From positions 97,588,001-97,652,000 of the forward strand of contig OZ024745.1 of NCBI GenBank assembly GCA_964016885.1: a stretch of 64,000 bases of DNA, in the 5' to 3' direction. Positions 13,761 to 26,160 of the stretch are shown here, piece after piece. Position numbers and translations under genes: made by a program. The notes under the pieces were generated by a model. It was not told the origin of the DNA. It worked only from the letters and a program-made list of their open reading frames with translations, and made no database searches. Position 1 is the stretch's first letter. Every line of letters begins with the position of its first letter. Origin of the DNA: Eledone cirrhosa (lineage: Eukaryota).

Positions 13761-13927
13761 ACTGCATAGTATTCGTTCATTCTGTTCTTCTCTCCGTTAC
13801 TTTAGAGTCTGTTCCATTTCATTTCTTCCAATAAACGAAAAGATTTCTTTGTTTATTATATAGCAAATTCACAAGCGAAAATTATTACACACAAAAATAC
13901 CTTAGACGAAATAACTCTCTCTCTGTC

Positions 13928-14004
<77 letters not shown>

Positions 14005-14019
14005 ATCTATCTATCTATA

Positions 14020-14151
<132 letters not shown>

Positions 14152-14485
14152 TATATGTGTATATATATATACACACACACATATATGTGTGTTTATGTTA
14201 TGTATATAAATATATATGTGAATATATGCATGTATGTATGTATGTATTTATATATACATACGAACATACGTACATACATACATACACACACATATATATA
14301 TACAAATACATACATACATACATGTATACAGATGATATAATTTCGTGAGAAGAGGAGGATGAGGAGGGTGGTGGGAGGATCAGTCCCGATGACCTTTGCA
14401 GGCCACCATCACAGACAGACCAGACCAAACTGATGTGACTGATATATAACAGCCAGAACATCTGCAGGTGAATGACTGCAGTAAC

Positions 14486-14554
<69 letters not shown>

Positions 14555-14604
14555 AAGAAAGAAAGAATGAAAGAAAGAAAGCGTCGTTGACAATGAGAGA
14601 AGCG

Positions 14605-15391
14605 AAGGAAGGTTAGGCGGTGTGGTGTAGTGTGAAATGCTCACAACGTGAAGAGAACAAGGAGAAAAGAGAAGGAAGGTGCTATGGTGTGGTGTAGTGT
14701 AGAATGCTCACAACGTGAAGAGAACAAGGAGAAAAGAGAAGGAAGGTGCTATGGTGTGGTGTAGTGTAGAATGCTCACAACGTGAAGAGAACAAGGAGAA
14801 AAGAGAAGGAAGGTGCTATGGTGTGGTGTAGTGTAGAATGCTCACAACGTGAAGAGAACAAGGAGAAAAGAGAAGGAAGGTGCTATGGTGTGGTGTAGTG
14901 TAGAATGCTCACAACGTGAAGAGAACAAGGAGAAAAGAGAAGGAAGGTGCTATGGTGTGGTGTAGTGTAGAATGCTCACAACGTGAAGAGAACAAGGAGA
15001 AAAGAGAAGGAAGGTGCTATGGTGTGGTGTAGTGTAGAATGCTCACAACGTGAAGAGAACAAGGAGAAAAGAGAAGGAAGGTGCTATGGTGTGGTGTAGT
15101 GTAGAATGCTCACAACGTGAAGAGAACAAGGAGAAAAGAGAAGGAAGGTGCTATGGTGTGGTGTAGTGTAGAATGCTCACAACGTGAAGAGAACAAGGAG
15201 AAAAGAGAAGGAAGGTGCTATGGTGTGGTGTAGTGTGAAATGCTCACAACGTGAAGAGAACAAGGAGAAAAGAGAAGGAAGGTGCTATGGTGTGGTGTAG
15301 TGTGAAATGCTCACAACGTGAAGAGAACAAGGAGAAAAGAGAAGGAAGGTGCTATGGTGTGGTGTAGTGTGAAATGCTCACAACGTGAAGA
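14605..15391. repeat. 67-bp tandem minisatellite (~11.5 units)
   Basis: tcacaacgtgaagag occurs every 67 bp from 14641 to 15378; units are nearly identical. Confidence 0.98.
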
Positions 15392-15454
15392 GGATCTCAT
15401 TTTTTTTTTTTTGTCTCGTTTATTTTATTCTATTTTTATTTTCTATCTGATAGT

Positions 15455-15660
15455 GTTTGGATCTCCGTCGGTTCTGACGACGAGTGTTCCAGTTGTTCGA
15501 TCAACGGTGCTGCCTCCTCGTGAGATTAACTTGCAAGTGGCTGAGCAATACGCAGACACGTGTACCATTGATGTTGTTCTCAGGGAGATTCGGCATAGCA
15601 CAGTGTGTGGCATAGCCGGCCCTTTGGATCTACGTAAAATAAAGTGTCTTGCTGAAGTAC
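15455..15660 (-). mobile_element. SINE 3' portion (second family)
   Basis: Reverse complement of the tail of the SINE at 35684-35975; also matches 34233-34410. Confidence 0.75.
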
Positions 15661-15694
15661 ATAACGGGTGTTCCAGTTTTTCATTAACGAAAAA

Positions 15695-16120
15695 GCCTGC
15701 TTCTGAAATTACCGTGCTAATAGCTGAGTATTTCATAGACACATTGAACAGTCTGCTTGTGAAATTACCGTGCTAATAGCTGAGTATTTCATAGACACAC
15801 GGAACAGTCTGCTTTTGAAATGAACGTGCAAATAACTGAGTATTCCATAGACAAAGAACTTGTGAAATTAACGTGCAAACTGAGGATTCCTTAAACACGA
15901 AACAGTCTTCTTGTGAAATTACCGTGCAAATAGCAGAGTATTCCATAGACACACGGAATAGTCTGCGTGTGAAAGTATCGTGCAAATAGCTGAGTATTCC
16001 ATAGAGACACAGAACAGTCTGCTTGTGAAATTAACGTGCAAATAGCTGAGTATTCGATAGACAAAGAACAATCTGCTTATGGAATCACCGTGCAAATAAC
16101 TGAAGATTTCATAGAAGCGT
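15695..16120. repeat. SINE-derived ~50-57-bp tandem repeat (~8 units)
   Basis: Unit gaacagtctgcttgtgaaattaccgtgcaaatagctgagtattccatagacac matches an internal segment of the adjacent SINE (ctcgtgagattaacttgcaagtggctgagcaatac.cagacac). Confidence 0.85.
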
Positions 16121-16169
16121 GCACTGTTAATATAGTTCAACTTGATACTGTGGAGTCTTTTGAATTACA

Positions 16170-16720
16170 GTTACAACTCAACTGAGTAAACTGGAACAAC
16201 GTGAAATAAAGTGTTATATTCAAGGACGCAACGCACTACCGGGAATGAAACTCACAAGCTTATAATCACGAACCAAATACTCTAAATACTTAGAACAAAA
16301 GAACATGGTTTATCACAGAAGTTATTGAGAGCGAGGAAAGAGAAAATAAAAGTTAGTCTTTGTAACATGAAATGAAGTATCGTGTTCAAGGACACAATAC
16401 CGGGACTTGAACTCACGACTTTACGACCGTGAGCCGAACAACGATAATAACTATGACACGCTTAGAAAGAGTGAAAAGAACGTAGTTTATGAGAGAAGTT
16501 TTTGAGAGCGAGGTAAAAAAGAGAGAAAAAATGTCTTACAACGTGAAATAATTGTTTCTACTTTTGGCACAAGGCCAGCAAATACTCAGTGCATTACTGG
16601 TACTTTATTTTATCGACCCCATAGTGTCGTACTCAAGGATACCACAAGTCACCGGAACTCCAACTCACGACTCATGAACCAAATATTCTAACTACTTAGA
16701 TAAGGTAGAAGAGCGTAGTT
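16170..16720 (-). mobile_element. Three tandem decayed SINE heads plus an OK-like SINE fragment (16549-16620)
   Basis: Repeated caacgtgaaat..gtgt...tcaagga...accggga...aactcacga blocks, antisense to the tRNA-like head at 19195-19320. Confidence 0.7.
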
Positions 16721-16738
16721 TATTATAAGGGGGAGAGA

Positions 16739-16834
<96 letters not shown>

Positions 16835-17006
16835 AGTAGAAAGTTGGTCTTGCGGGGATTGGAATTAACAAGGAAAGGTCATCGAGTTATTTTTTGCTGT
16901 AAAACTTTTGGGTGTGACTGTTAATTTCCAGCATCAACAGAACCATTCTTCATTTCCATCAAACAATATTATAAGTTGGAGAGACCAGGACTCTGATGCC
17001 TGTCGC

Positions 17007-17032
17007 TAGTAGTAGCAGTAGTAGTAGTAGTC

Positions 17033-17100
<68 letters not shown>

Positions 17101-17150
17101 GGTGGTAGTAGTGGTGGTGGTGGTAGTGGCGGTTGTAGTAGTAGAGGCAA

Positions 17151-17210
<60 letters not shown>

Positions 17211-17306
17211 AGGCAATGGTAGAAGTAGTAGTAGTGGTGGTGGTGGTGGTGGTGGTGGTGGTGGTAGTGGTGGTGGTGGTGGTATTGGTAGTAGTAGTAG
17301 AAGCAA

Positions 17307-17349
<43 letters not shown>

Positions 17350-17381
17350 GGTATTGGTAGTAGTGGTGGTATTGGTAGTAA

Positions 17382-17416
<35 letters not shown>

Positions 17417-17509
17417 ATACTGGTAGTACAAGTAATGGTGGTGGTAGTGGTAGTAGTAGTAGTAGTAGAACTAGTAATACTAGTAGTACTAGTAATGGTG
17501 GTGGTAATG

Positions 17510-17542
<33 letters not shown>

Positions 17543-17669
17543 ATACTAGTAGTACTAGTAATGGTGGTGGTAATGGTAGTAGTAGTAGTATAGTAGTAGT
17601 ATACTAGTAGTAGTAGTATACTAGTAGTAGTAGTATACTAGTAGTAGCAGTATAGTAGTAGTAGTAGTT

Positions 17670-17713
<44 letters not shown>

Positions 17714-17797
17714 TGTAGTAGTAGTAGTTGTAGTAGCAGCAGCAGCAGCAGTAGTAGTAGTAGTTGTAGTAGTAATAGTAGTAGTAGTAGTAGTAGT
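17007..17797. repeat. (TAG/TGG)n trinucleotide low-complexity array
   Basis: Runs of agt and ggt with agaggcaatggtaga modules. Confidence 0.97.
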
Positions 17798-18182
17798 GTT
17801 TGAGAGGAAATGGGAGACAATATTTCGCATTAAAATCCTCATTATCATAATAGTCATTTACCATCTTCTTCGTCGTCCCCACCCCACCCCATCCCACACC
17901 ATAACCATCATCACCATCATCATCATCGCCATTATTATCGCTGTCATCGTCGTCATCATCATCATCAAGTAAAGTGCTTAAAAGTCTCTAAAAACACACT
18001 ACTCCCACCGTAGACACCTTAATAACCACACAACGACACTGATAATCGTTCACTCACATACCTAGAGACACACACATATACACGCATACACAGACAAATA
18101 TATACTCACTGTGTGTATATGTGCATGTGTGTTTGTGGCGGTTAGACTGTCTGGAACACAATAGAATTATATATATATATAT

Positions 18183-18287
18183 AATTGTTTCTACTTTAGG
18201 CACAAGGCGAGCAATTACCAGTGCATTACTGGTACTTTATTTTATCGACCCCGTAAGGATGAAAGGCAAAGTCAACCTCGGCGGGAT
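18183..18287 (-). mobile_element. OK-like SINE 3' fragment
   Basis: Reverse complement of the 3' half of 8307-8486. Confidence 0.85.
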
Positions 18288-18307
18288 TATCCAGCCTCCT
18301 GTTCTTT

Positions 18308-18345
<38 letters not shown>

Positions 18346-18448
18346 CTAAATTCTGTTGGATAAATCTATATCCTGTTTCTTTTTGAATTGAGTTTGAATT
18401 ATTTTTCCCACATCTTACGTTAACTATTTTCCCATTTTGACGCTATAG

Positions 18449-18562
<114 letters not shown>

Positions 18563-18563
18563 G

Positions 18564-18670
18564 GATTGGCAGTATCGGTAGAGAGTCGGACACCATGCTT
18601 TGAAGCATAGAGTTACGTCCCTTTATGATCGGAGTTCAAATCCCGCCGAGGTTAACTTTGCCTTTCATCC
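18564..18670 (+). mobile_element. OK-like SINE 5' fragment
   Basis: ggattggcagtatcggtagag...ggagttcaaatcccgccgagg with A- and B-box motifs. Confidence 0.85.
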
Positions 18671-18900
18671 AGGAACTGGGCATATCAGAGTATTGACTAA
18701 GTTATACACCTCAACAACATGTGTACTCGTCTCTACCACACTAATTCGGACTGCCTGAAGAGGTCGCAGCCATTTTAAACATTTGACTTATTTATTTTAT
18801 TTTATTTTACATTACTCCGGAGTAACCAAACCAACCTGCGCACTTCGTCGAGTGCTCCATCTGCATACTGAGGTGTTGGTATACAACCAACATATACTCA

Positions 18901-18932
<32 letters not shown>

Positions 18933-19078
18933 ATGTGTGTGTGTGTGTATATATATATGTGTGTATATATATATATATGTGTGCTGTTCAATGTGGTCGG
19001 TCTACCTTTCGTGTTAAATATATATATTACCAGCAAATTAAATATCTCTTTGCTTATATATATATGAGATATTACTTT

Positions 19079-19320
<242 letters not shown>

Positions 19321-19578
19321 ACCTGGAGTTGCGACCGATAGAGAGTATTAGTAATTAGAAAGACCAATGGAAACATCGTTTCCTCGGTCCGATTTGACAA
19401 AAGTCGATCGACTGTCGACATATATATATATATATATGACCAAAAGTTAAACAAGGTTCATTGATTAATCAATGAATATAGTTTTACAATAGATTAGAAG
19501 CGCTCAACAGTGAGTTTTCTGGAGTTATTAATATTAATTCAAAATATTAATAAATATAGACATTCAACGTAATCAAAA

Positions 19579-19649
19579 TATATTTTATTATACATATTTC
19601 GGAGGTACTGTACTGTTTTTTTCAGTACGCCCTCATCAGATAAAATATA
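19579..19649 (-). ncRNA. Type I hammerhead ribozyme
   Basis: Minus strand: tatattttat-CTGATGA-gggcgtactg...cagtacctcc-GAAA-TATGTA-TA-ataaaatata. Confidence 0.85.
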
Positions 19650-19784
19650 TAAATTGATGTATGACATACCTCAACTGTGCTGATGATTCAATTCCAGTCT
19701 TGGCTGATGGTTCAATTCCAGTCTTGGCAGTCAAGATTGGAATTGAATCATCAGCACAGTTGAGGTATGTCATACATCAATTTA

Positions 19785-19854
19785 TATATTTTATCTGATG
19801 AGGACGTACTGAAAAAACAGCACAGTACCTCCGAAATATGTATAATAAAATATA
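19785..19854 (+). ncRNA. Type I hammerhead ribozyme
   Basis: 10-bp stem I tatattttat/ataaaatata; CTGATGA 19795-19801; stem II gga-c-gtactg / cagtac-c-tcc; GAAA 19833-19836; quasi-palindromic stem III ATATGTAT; predicted cleavage after A19844. Confidence 0.88.
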
Positions 19855-19883
19855 TTTTGATTACGTTGAATGTCTATATTTAT

Positions 19884-19998
19884 TAATTGTTTCTACTTTG
19901 GGCACAAGGCCAGAAATTATCAGTGTATTACTGGTACTTTATTTTATCGACCCCGTAAGGATGAAAGGCAAAGTCAACCTCGGCGGGATTTGAACTCA
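19884..19998 (-). mobile_element. OK-like SINE fragment
   Basis: Reverse complement of SINE body and B box; abuts and probably truncates the right arm of the fold-back element. Confidence 0.85.
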
Positions 19999-20057
19999 GA
20001 TCGTAAAGGGACGTTAATATGTATATATGTATATATATATATATGTACATATATTCC

Positions 20058-20670
20058 ACGCCATGCTGCCCTCAACGAGGTCATTAAGTATGGCTTGAAC
20101 GCTGCAGGCTTCCCTTCCCAGCTCGAGCCGGTGGGGCTGGATCGAGGGGACGGCAAAAGGCCAGATGGCATGACCATCTTCCCGTTCCGTGGTGGCAAAT
20201 CCCTCGTCTGGGATGCCACTTGCACCGACACTTTCTGCGGCCGCAACCTGGTGCAGTCTGCGACTGACCCAGGTTCTGCTGCACGTCGGGCTGAGGGGGC
20301 CAAACTCCTCAAATACTGGTCGCTCTCCGACAGGTTTTCGGTCGTACCCCTGGCAGTGGAGACTTCTGGTGTCCTCGGCCCCAGGGCTACCTCCTTACTC
20401 ACCACCATAGGCGCTAAGCTGGCCAGCCGCAGGTGTGAGCCCCGCGAGTTGGAGTGGCTTTTCCAGCGCGTCTCCCTTGACGTCCTCCGAGGAAACGCCT
20501 TCTCCATTTTGTCCGTCGGGGCTGTGGGTGGGCCCCCATCGCGTACAGTTGTAGTTGTTGTAGAGAAACAGGAAGACAACAACTGGAAAGTTTGATTTTC
20601 TACTTTATCATTTACTTTTATTATCTATTATTATGTAGCCTTAACTACTGTACTTGCCGGAAAAAAAAAG
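20058..20670 (+). mobile_element. CRE-clade non-LTR retrotransposon 3' fragment (restriction-like endonuclease)
   Basis: RHAALNEVIK...DGKRPDGMT...LVWDATC...PLAVETSG...LFQRVS..VLRGNA motifs of CRE-type RLE domains; A-run near 20661. Confidence 0.88.
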
Positions 20671-21026
20671 GAATAATATTTGTCGTCAACTGAAAAAAAA
20701 AATGTATATATATATATTATACAGATAAATCTACCACTCAATGGTAGGGTGTAAACCGTATAAAGAACTCAACGTATTCCGTATGTAGAAGATGTCGTGA
20801 AGCAAAGTTTAAAATACAAAAATCAACGATATAATTCAATTGGATACAGAGTCAAAATAGAAATATTAAAACAATGAAATTAAACACAAAACTGTTAATT
20901 CATAGTAAAACACATTATTTTACGATCGTTTCTGGGGGGTAGTTCTCTGCATGTTCATTTGACTATTGATCTATGTAAAACATATTACAAAATATCATAG
21001 TGAGAAAAAAATACGTACGTCTTCAC

Positions 21027-21880
21027 TCTGATTTGCCTATCTTGCCTATCTGCTGGGTCATTTCTATGTTTAGATATTATTCTAATTTCTATGTTGTCTA
21101 TGTTACTGTCGTGTTGTTGTCTGGCATGTTCGTATAGTACTGAACCGTTTTTTTCGTCCTTTTAGTTCCCCCAGTGTTAGTCTATCCTTTCACCTATGCT
21201 ACGAACTGTCTCGCCTATGTATGTTGTTGTCATGTTTCTGCAAGTACCCTCTGTACATCTTATGCTATAGATTACATTTCTAGTTTTACAGTTTATCCGG
21301 GGGTTTACCTTACATATGATACATTTCCTATTAGTACAGTGGGTTTTCTTGAAAGAGTAGGTTTTGCTGATCAGGGATTTTATGGTGGTTCCTGGCTTTT
21401 CTACCACCTTAATCTTTAAGTGGGTCTTTCTCAGGGCCTTTCTACACTGGTTAGCTAATTTCCCTCCAGGGGTAGCGTCCACAAACATGACACTCTGGTA
21501 TCTATGGTTGTCGTACCATGAGGTGGCTTTTCCTATCTTATGTCTAGCCCTATCTAAGCTATTCCCATTGTGCTACGTTCTAAATCAAACTTGTTAGTGC
21601 TCTCTTGTGGGGATGTTCTTATAACTATATTGATATCATCTACGTAACGAGAGTACATGATGAGGTCTATGGAACTCTCATTAAGGAGATCTTTAAGTCT
21701 CCTTTCCCACCATACCATAAAAAGGTTGGCAACGTCACCAGCTATGCTGACGCCAATGGCTGCTCCCTCATTTTGGGTGTAGATCTTCTCGTTGAACTTG
21801 AATATGTGGCCCTTTAGGGTAGTTTTGATACTAGCCCTTATTGCATGTGCGACCATTTTTCTAACCTGATCATTGTTTTG
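21027..21880 (-). mobile_element. Inverted, internally deleted copy of the adjacent Penelope-like element
   Basis: Reverse complement of ~23021-23336 joined to ~23781-24320; minus-strand ORFs are nearly identical to the plus-strand ones. Confidence 0.95.
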
Positions 21881-21883
21881 TCA

Positions 21884-24730
21884 TGGCTGTCTAGGTAGTC
21901 AGTGTCCTAGGTAAGTCTAATAATGCTAATAATAGGAACAACAACAACCACCATAATAACAATAATAGCAACACACACAACTATGACGATAGATATAATG
22001 ACAACCGCTTAGAGAAACTATTCTTCAACCCAGCTGACAAAACATATAAGATGGTTAATATCTATCCTACGAGGTTACCCTTTAATAAAAGAGTTTGCAT
22101 ACCACAACAAATAGATGACGAGATAGAGGCACAGTTCACCATAGTTAGAAATAAGATTAGACAAATAGTAGACCGGTATACTAAGAGACAGAGCAGAACA
22201 GAGGCCCAACAACTTGGAAGGAAACCTGTAGAAGGCTTGGTTAGCCTCAAGCAGCGCACAAGGGAAGGTGAGGTAGTATGTCTACCCACGGATAAGTCTG
22301 GTAGGATGTCAATAGATAGCATGCCGAACTACATCAAGGTTATGCAACCCCACATCACCAACACGACCGAAGTTACACAGCAAATACATGATGGGAGAGA
22401 GAACATACTCAACGCTCACATGGTGATGTGGATCGACATCCTAAATCCAAGCAGACGCACTGCCAACAACTTCCAGGCGTCTAACAATGGCATACCACCC
22501 TTGTATGGGCTCCGTAAAGACCACAAGACAGTCGACGACCCGACAACAGGACCACCAACAAGACTCGTATGCGGAGCAAATATAGTTCGCAACTACAGGA
22601 TCTCCTACTTCCTCTCAATGGTTATACGCCCCATAATCAAGTTGTCCCCAGATGTATGTGACAGTACAGAGGACCTCCTCAGCAGAATCAGTGAGTGCAA
22701 CAAAAACAGGAATCTATCTAACTGCTTAATAGGCAGCATGGATGTGGTATCACTGTAACCATCCATTAACATTGATTTTGCTGTGGAAAAATGTGTGGAG
22801 ATGATCATTGAGAGTGAGGTGGAGTTCTACGACGTCGACACAGACAAACTGGGCCTCCTACTTAGACTTACCTACGACACTGACTACCTAGACAGCCATG
22901 ACCTTAGACGTTTCTGCCCCAGTAAACCCATAAGAGGTAGACCCCCCCACCATAACCTCAATGGCTAAAAAGACTCCCATGGGAAGGTGGATTGGGTGGA
23001 CCAAAGCTATACGGACCCCCCAAAACAATGATCAGGTAAGAAAAATGGTCGCGCATGCAATAGGGGCTAGTATCAAAACTACCCTAAAGGGCCACATATT
23101 CAAGTTCAACGGGAAGATCTACACCCAAAATGAGGGAGCAGCCATTGGCGTCAGCATAGCTGGTGATGTTGCCAACCTTTTTATGGTATGGTGGGAAAGG
23201 AGACTTAAAGATCTCCTTAATGAGAGCTCCATAGACCTCATCATGTACTCTCGTTACGTAGACGATATCAATATAGTTATAAGAACATCCCCACAAGAGA
23301 GTACTAACAAGTTTGATTTAGAACGTAGCACAATGGAAAGCATCCAGCAGATAGCTAATGCCATACACCAGAGTATAACTGTAACTATCGACTACCCTTC
23401 CAAACACCCTAACAACAGACTACCTGTGTTAGACACAGAACTCTGGATTAACACTATAGACGAGAGAGCCCAAATTCTCCACTCACACTATGCTAAATCC
23501 ATGGCCTCTAAATACATGATACTCAAAAACTCAGCAATGTCCAGTAGTGCTAAGTTTAATATTCTGATCGCAGACTTGGGACGAGTGATGAAGAACGTGT
23601 CCCGCATGTGCGACCCAACAGAAATTGAAAGACACATCCAACACTTCATCAACCGCATGCAGTTCTCTGGCTACAACCAAAGAGTCAGAATCAGAATATA
23701 CGAAGGAGCCACGGAGAAGTATAAGACCCTCATAGAACTGGATATGAAAGGAATTTGCCCATTATACAGGAGTAAATCATGGAGTAGCTTAGATAGGGCT
23801 AGACATAAGATAGGGAAAGCCACCTCATGGTACGACAACCAGAGATACCAGAGTGTCATGTTTGTGGACGCTACCCCTGGAGGGAAATTAGCTAACTAGT
23901 GTAGAAAGGCCCTGAGAGAGACCCACTTAAAGATTAAGGTGGTAGAAAAGCCAGGAACCACCATAAAATCCCTGATCAGCAAAACCTACCCTTTCAAGAA
24001 AACCCACTGTACTAATAGGAAATGTATCATATGTAAGGTAAACCTCCGGATAAACTGTAAAACTAGAAACGTAGTCTATAGCATAAGATGTACAGAGGGT
24101 ACTTGCAGAAACATGACAACAACATACATAGGCGAGACAGCTCGTAGCATAGGTGAAAGGATAGACCAACACTGGGGGGAACTAAAAAGGCAAAAAACGG
24201 TTCAGTACTATACGAACATGCCAGACAACAACACGACGGTAACATAGACAACATAGAAATTAGAATAATATCTCAACATAGAAATGACCCAGCAGATAGG
24301 CAAGATAGGCAAATCAGAGAGGCCAGTGAAATAGAACTTAGAAGACCAAGGCTAAACAGAAAAAGTGAATGGAATAACAACAACACCCAAACAAACAACA
24401 CTGACCCTAGAGAAGTATAAATAAATAAATAAATAGATAAATAAATTAATTAATACATATACAAGCATAATAACAACAAACACATATAAACACACACTAG
24501 TAAAGATAGAATACATTAACCAATACACAGTCACCCAATCACGAACACACATCAAACAAAACACTATACACACACGCAAACGCATGCGCAAAGAAGACAA
24601 AATAAAATAAACAAATAAATAAATATATAAACAGACTAAATAAAGATGGCGTAGAAAATACAATGCAACGGGAGGAAACAATAACACCACTGACGATGTT
24701 GCAGATGTGCAACGAAAGAATTTTGATAAA
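21884..24730 (+). mobile_element. Penelope-like retroelement (RT + GIY-YIG), pseudogenised
   Basis: PPLYGLRKDHK, SMDVVSL*PSI, GAAIG, YSRYVDD, LPVLD, Cys-rich linker, VVYSIRC...YIGETARS; stops at 22756 (TAA) and 23897 (TAG) plus frameshifts; hammerhead-like core at the 3' end. Confidence 0.95.
24684..24727 (+). ncRNA. Degenerate hammerhead ribozyme at the Penelope 3' end
   Basis: CTGACGA-t-gttgca-gatg-tgcaac-GAAA-gaatttt; stem II is perfect, stem I poorly paired. Confidence 0.6.
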
Positions 24731-24970
24731 CTATATATATGTGTTTGTGTCTATATTGTATCTGTATTTTTGACCGTTGGTCAGTCAATGGCAACATTGA
24801 GGACCGAATAAATTAGATTACCGATATAAAGACACAGAAGCGAAAAGCGAAAACCAACCAAACAGTGAGTGTGTTCTGTTATTAATTCTGGCAATATTAC
24901 ACAAATATGACAATTCCCAAGTATAACAATATTTGTTTCGACACACGATTTCATATCAAAAACCTCGCAA

Positions 24971-25026
<56 letters not shown>

Positions 25027-25207
25027 GTTATTCCGGGTGAATCGGAGGTAACCACAGTAAGTAAGGTACTCAATACATTGCAGAGTATAAAAGTTTTAAT
25101 ATAGATGAGATTCTACAGGACTAGAACTGTTTCATTCTTTAGAAATCATCCTGATGATTTCTAAAGAATGAAACAGTTCTAGTCCTGTAGAATCTCATCT
25201 ATATTAA

Positions 25208-25211
<4 letters not shown>
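25027..25211. mobile_element. Fold-back mini-element with a 120-bp palindrome turning at a hammerhead core
   Basis: Perfect 59-bp arms 25092-25150 / 25153-25211; CTGATGA-tttctaaagaat-GAAAC-agttcta-GTC-ctgt starts at the loop; flanked by TA runs; same family as 60894-61055. Confidence 0.85.
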
Positions 25212-25277
<66 letters not shown>

Positions 25278-25362
25278 GCATGTATGTATGTGTATGTGTG
25301 TGGGGTGTATATATGTTACAAGAGTACCGGCATTGTGCGTACACATGTCATCGCTTCTGTTT

Positions 25363-26160
25363 GTGTGTGTATGTTCGACTGGTTGTATATATGTGTGTGT
25401 ATGTTCGACTGGTTGTATATATGTGTGTGTATGTTCGAATGGTTGTATATATGTGTGTGTATGTTCGAATGGTTGTATATATGTGTGTGTATGTTCGAAT
25501 GGTTGTATATATGTGTGTGTATGTTCGAATGGTTGTATATATGTGTGTGTATGTTCGAATGGTTGTATATATGTGTGTGTATGTTCGAATGGTTGTATAT
25601 ATGTGTGTGTATGTTCGAATGATCGTATATATATATGTGTGTATGTTTGAATGGTTGTATATATGTGTGTGTATGTTTGAATGGTTGTATATATGTGTGT
25701 GTGTGTTCGAATGGTTGTATATATGTGTGTGTATGTTCGAATGGTTGTATATATATGTGTGTATGTTCGAATGGTTGTATATATGTGTGTGTATGTTCGA
25801 CTGTTTGTGTATATATATGTGTGTATGTTCGAATGGTTGTATATATGTGTGTGTATGTTTGACTGGTTGTATATATGTGTGTGTATGTTTGACTGGTTGT
25901 ATATATGTGTGTGTATGTTCGAATGGTTGTATATATGTGTGTGTATGTTCGAATGGTTGTATATATGTGTGTGTATGTTTGACTGGTTGTATATATGTGT
26001 GTGTATGTTCGAATGGTTGTATATATATGTGTGTGTATGTTTGACTGGTTGTATATATATGTGTGTGTATGTTTGACTGGTTGTATATATGTGTGTGTAT
26101 GTTTGACTGGTTGTATATATGTGTGTGTATGTTTGACTGGTTGTATATATGTGTGTATGT
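25363..26160. repeat. 30-bp minisatellite (~26 units)
   Basis: Unit gtgtgtgtatgttcgaatggttgtatatat with variants ttcgact and tttgact. Confidence 0.97.

Larger units (their letters stand above)
19438..19887. mobile_element. Fold-back Penelope-like mini-element with an intact hammerhead in each arm
   Basis: Inverted arms ~19546-19700 / ~19732-19887, short tandem duplication (gctgatg.ttcaattccagtcttg) at the loop, minus-strand tail with GTTGAGCGCT near 19500. Confidence 0.85.

Noticed and set aside
16996-17607. Ser/Gly-rich 203-aa ORF
   Set aside because: Trinucleotide microsatellite, open in several frames
19870-20595. 241-aa ORF as a host gene
   Set aside because: Chance read-through of an antisense SINE and a TA tract into a CRE endonuclease fragment
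22051-24247. Selenocysteine recoding in the Penelope-like ORF (reported for some Naiad elements)
   Set aside because: The interrupting stops are TAA and TAG, not TGA, and the inverted copy has CAG at one of them, so these are ordinary nonsense mutations
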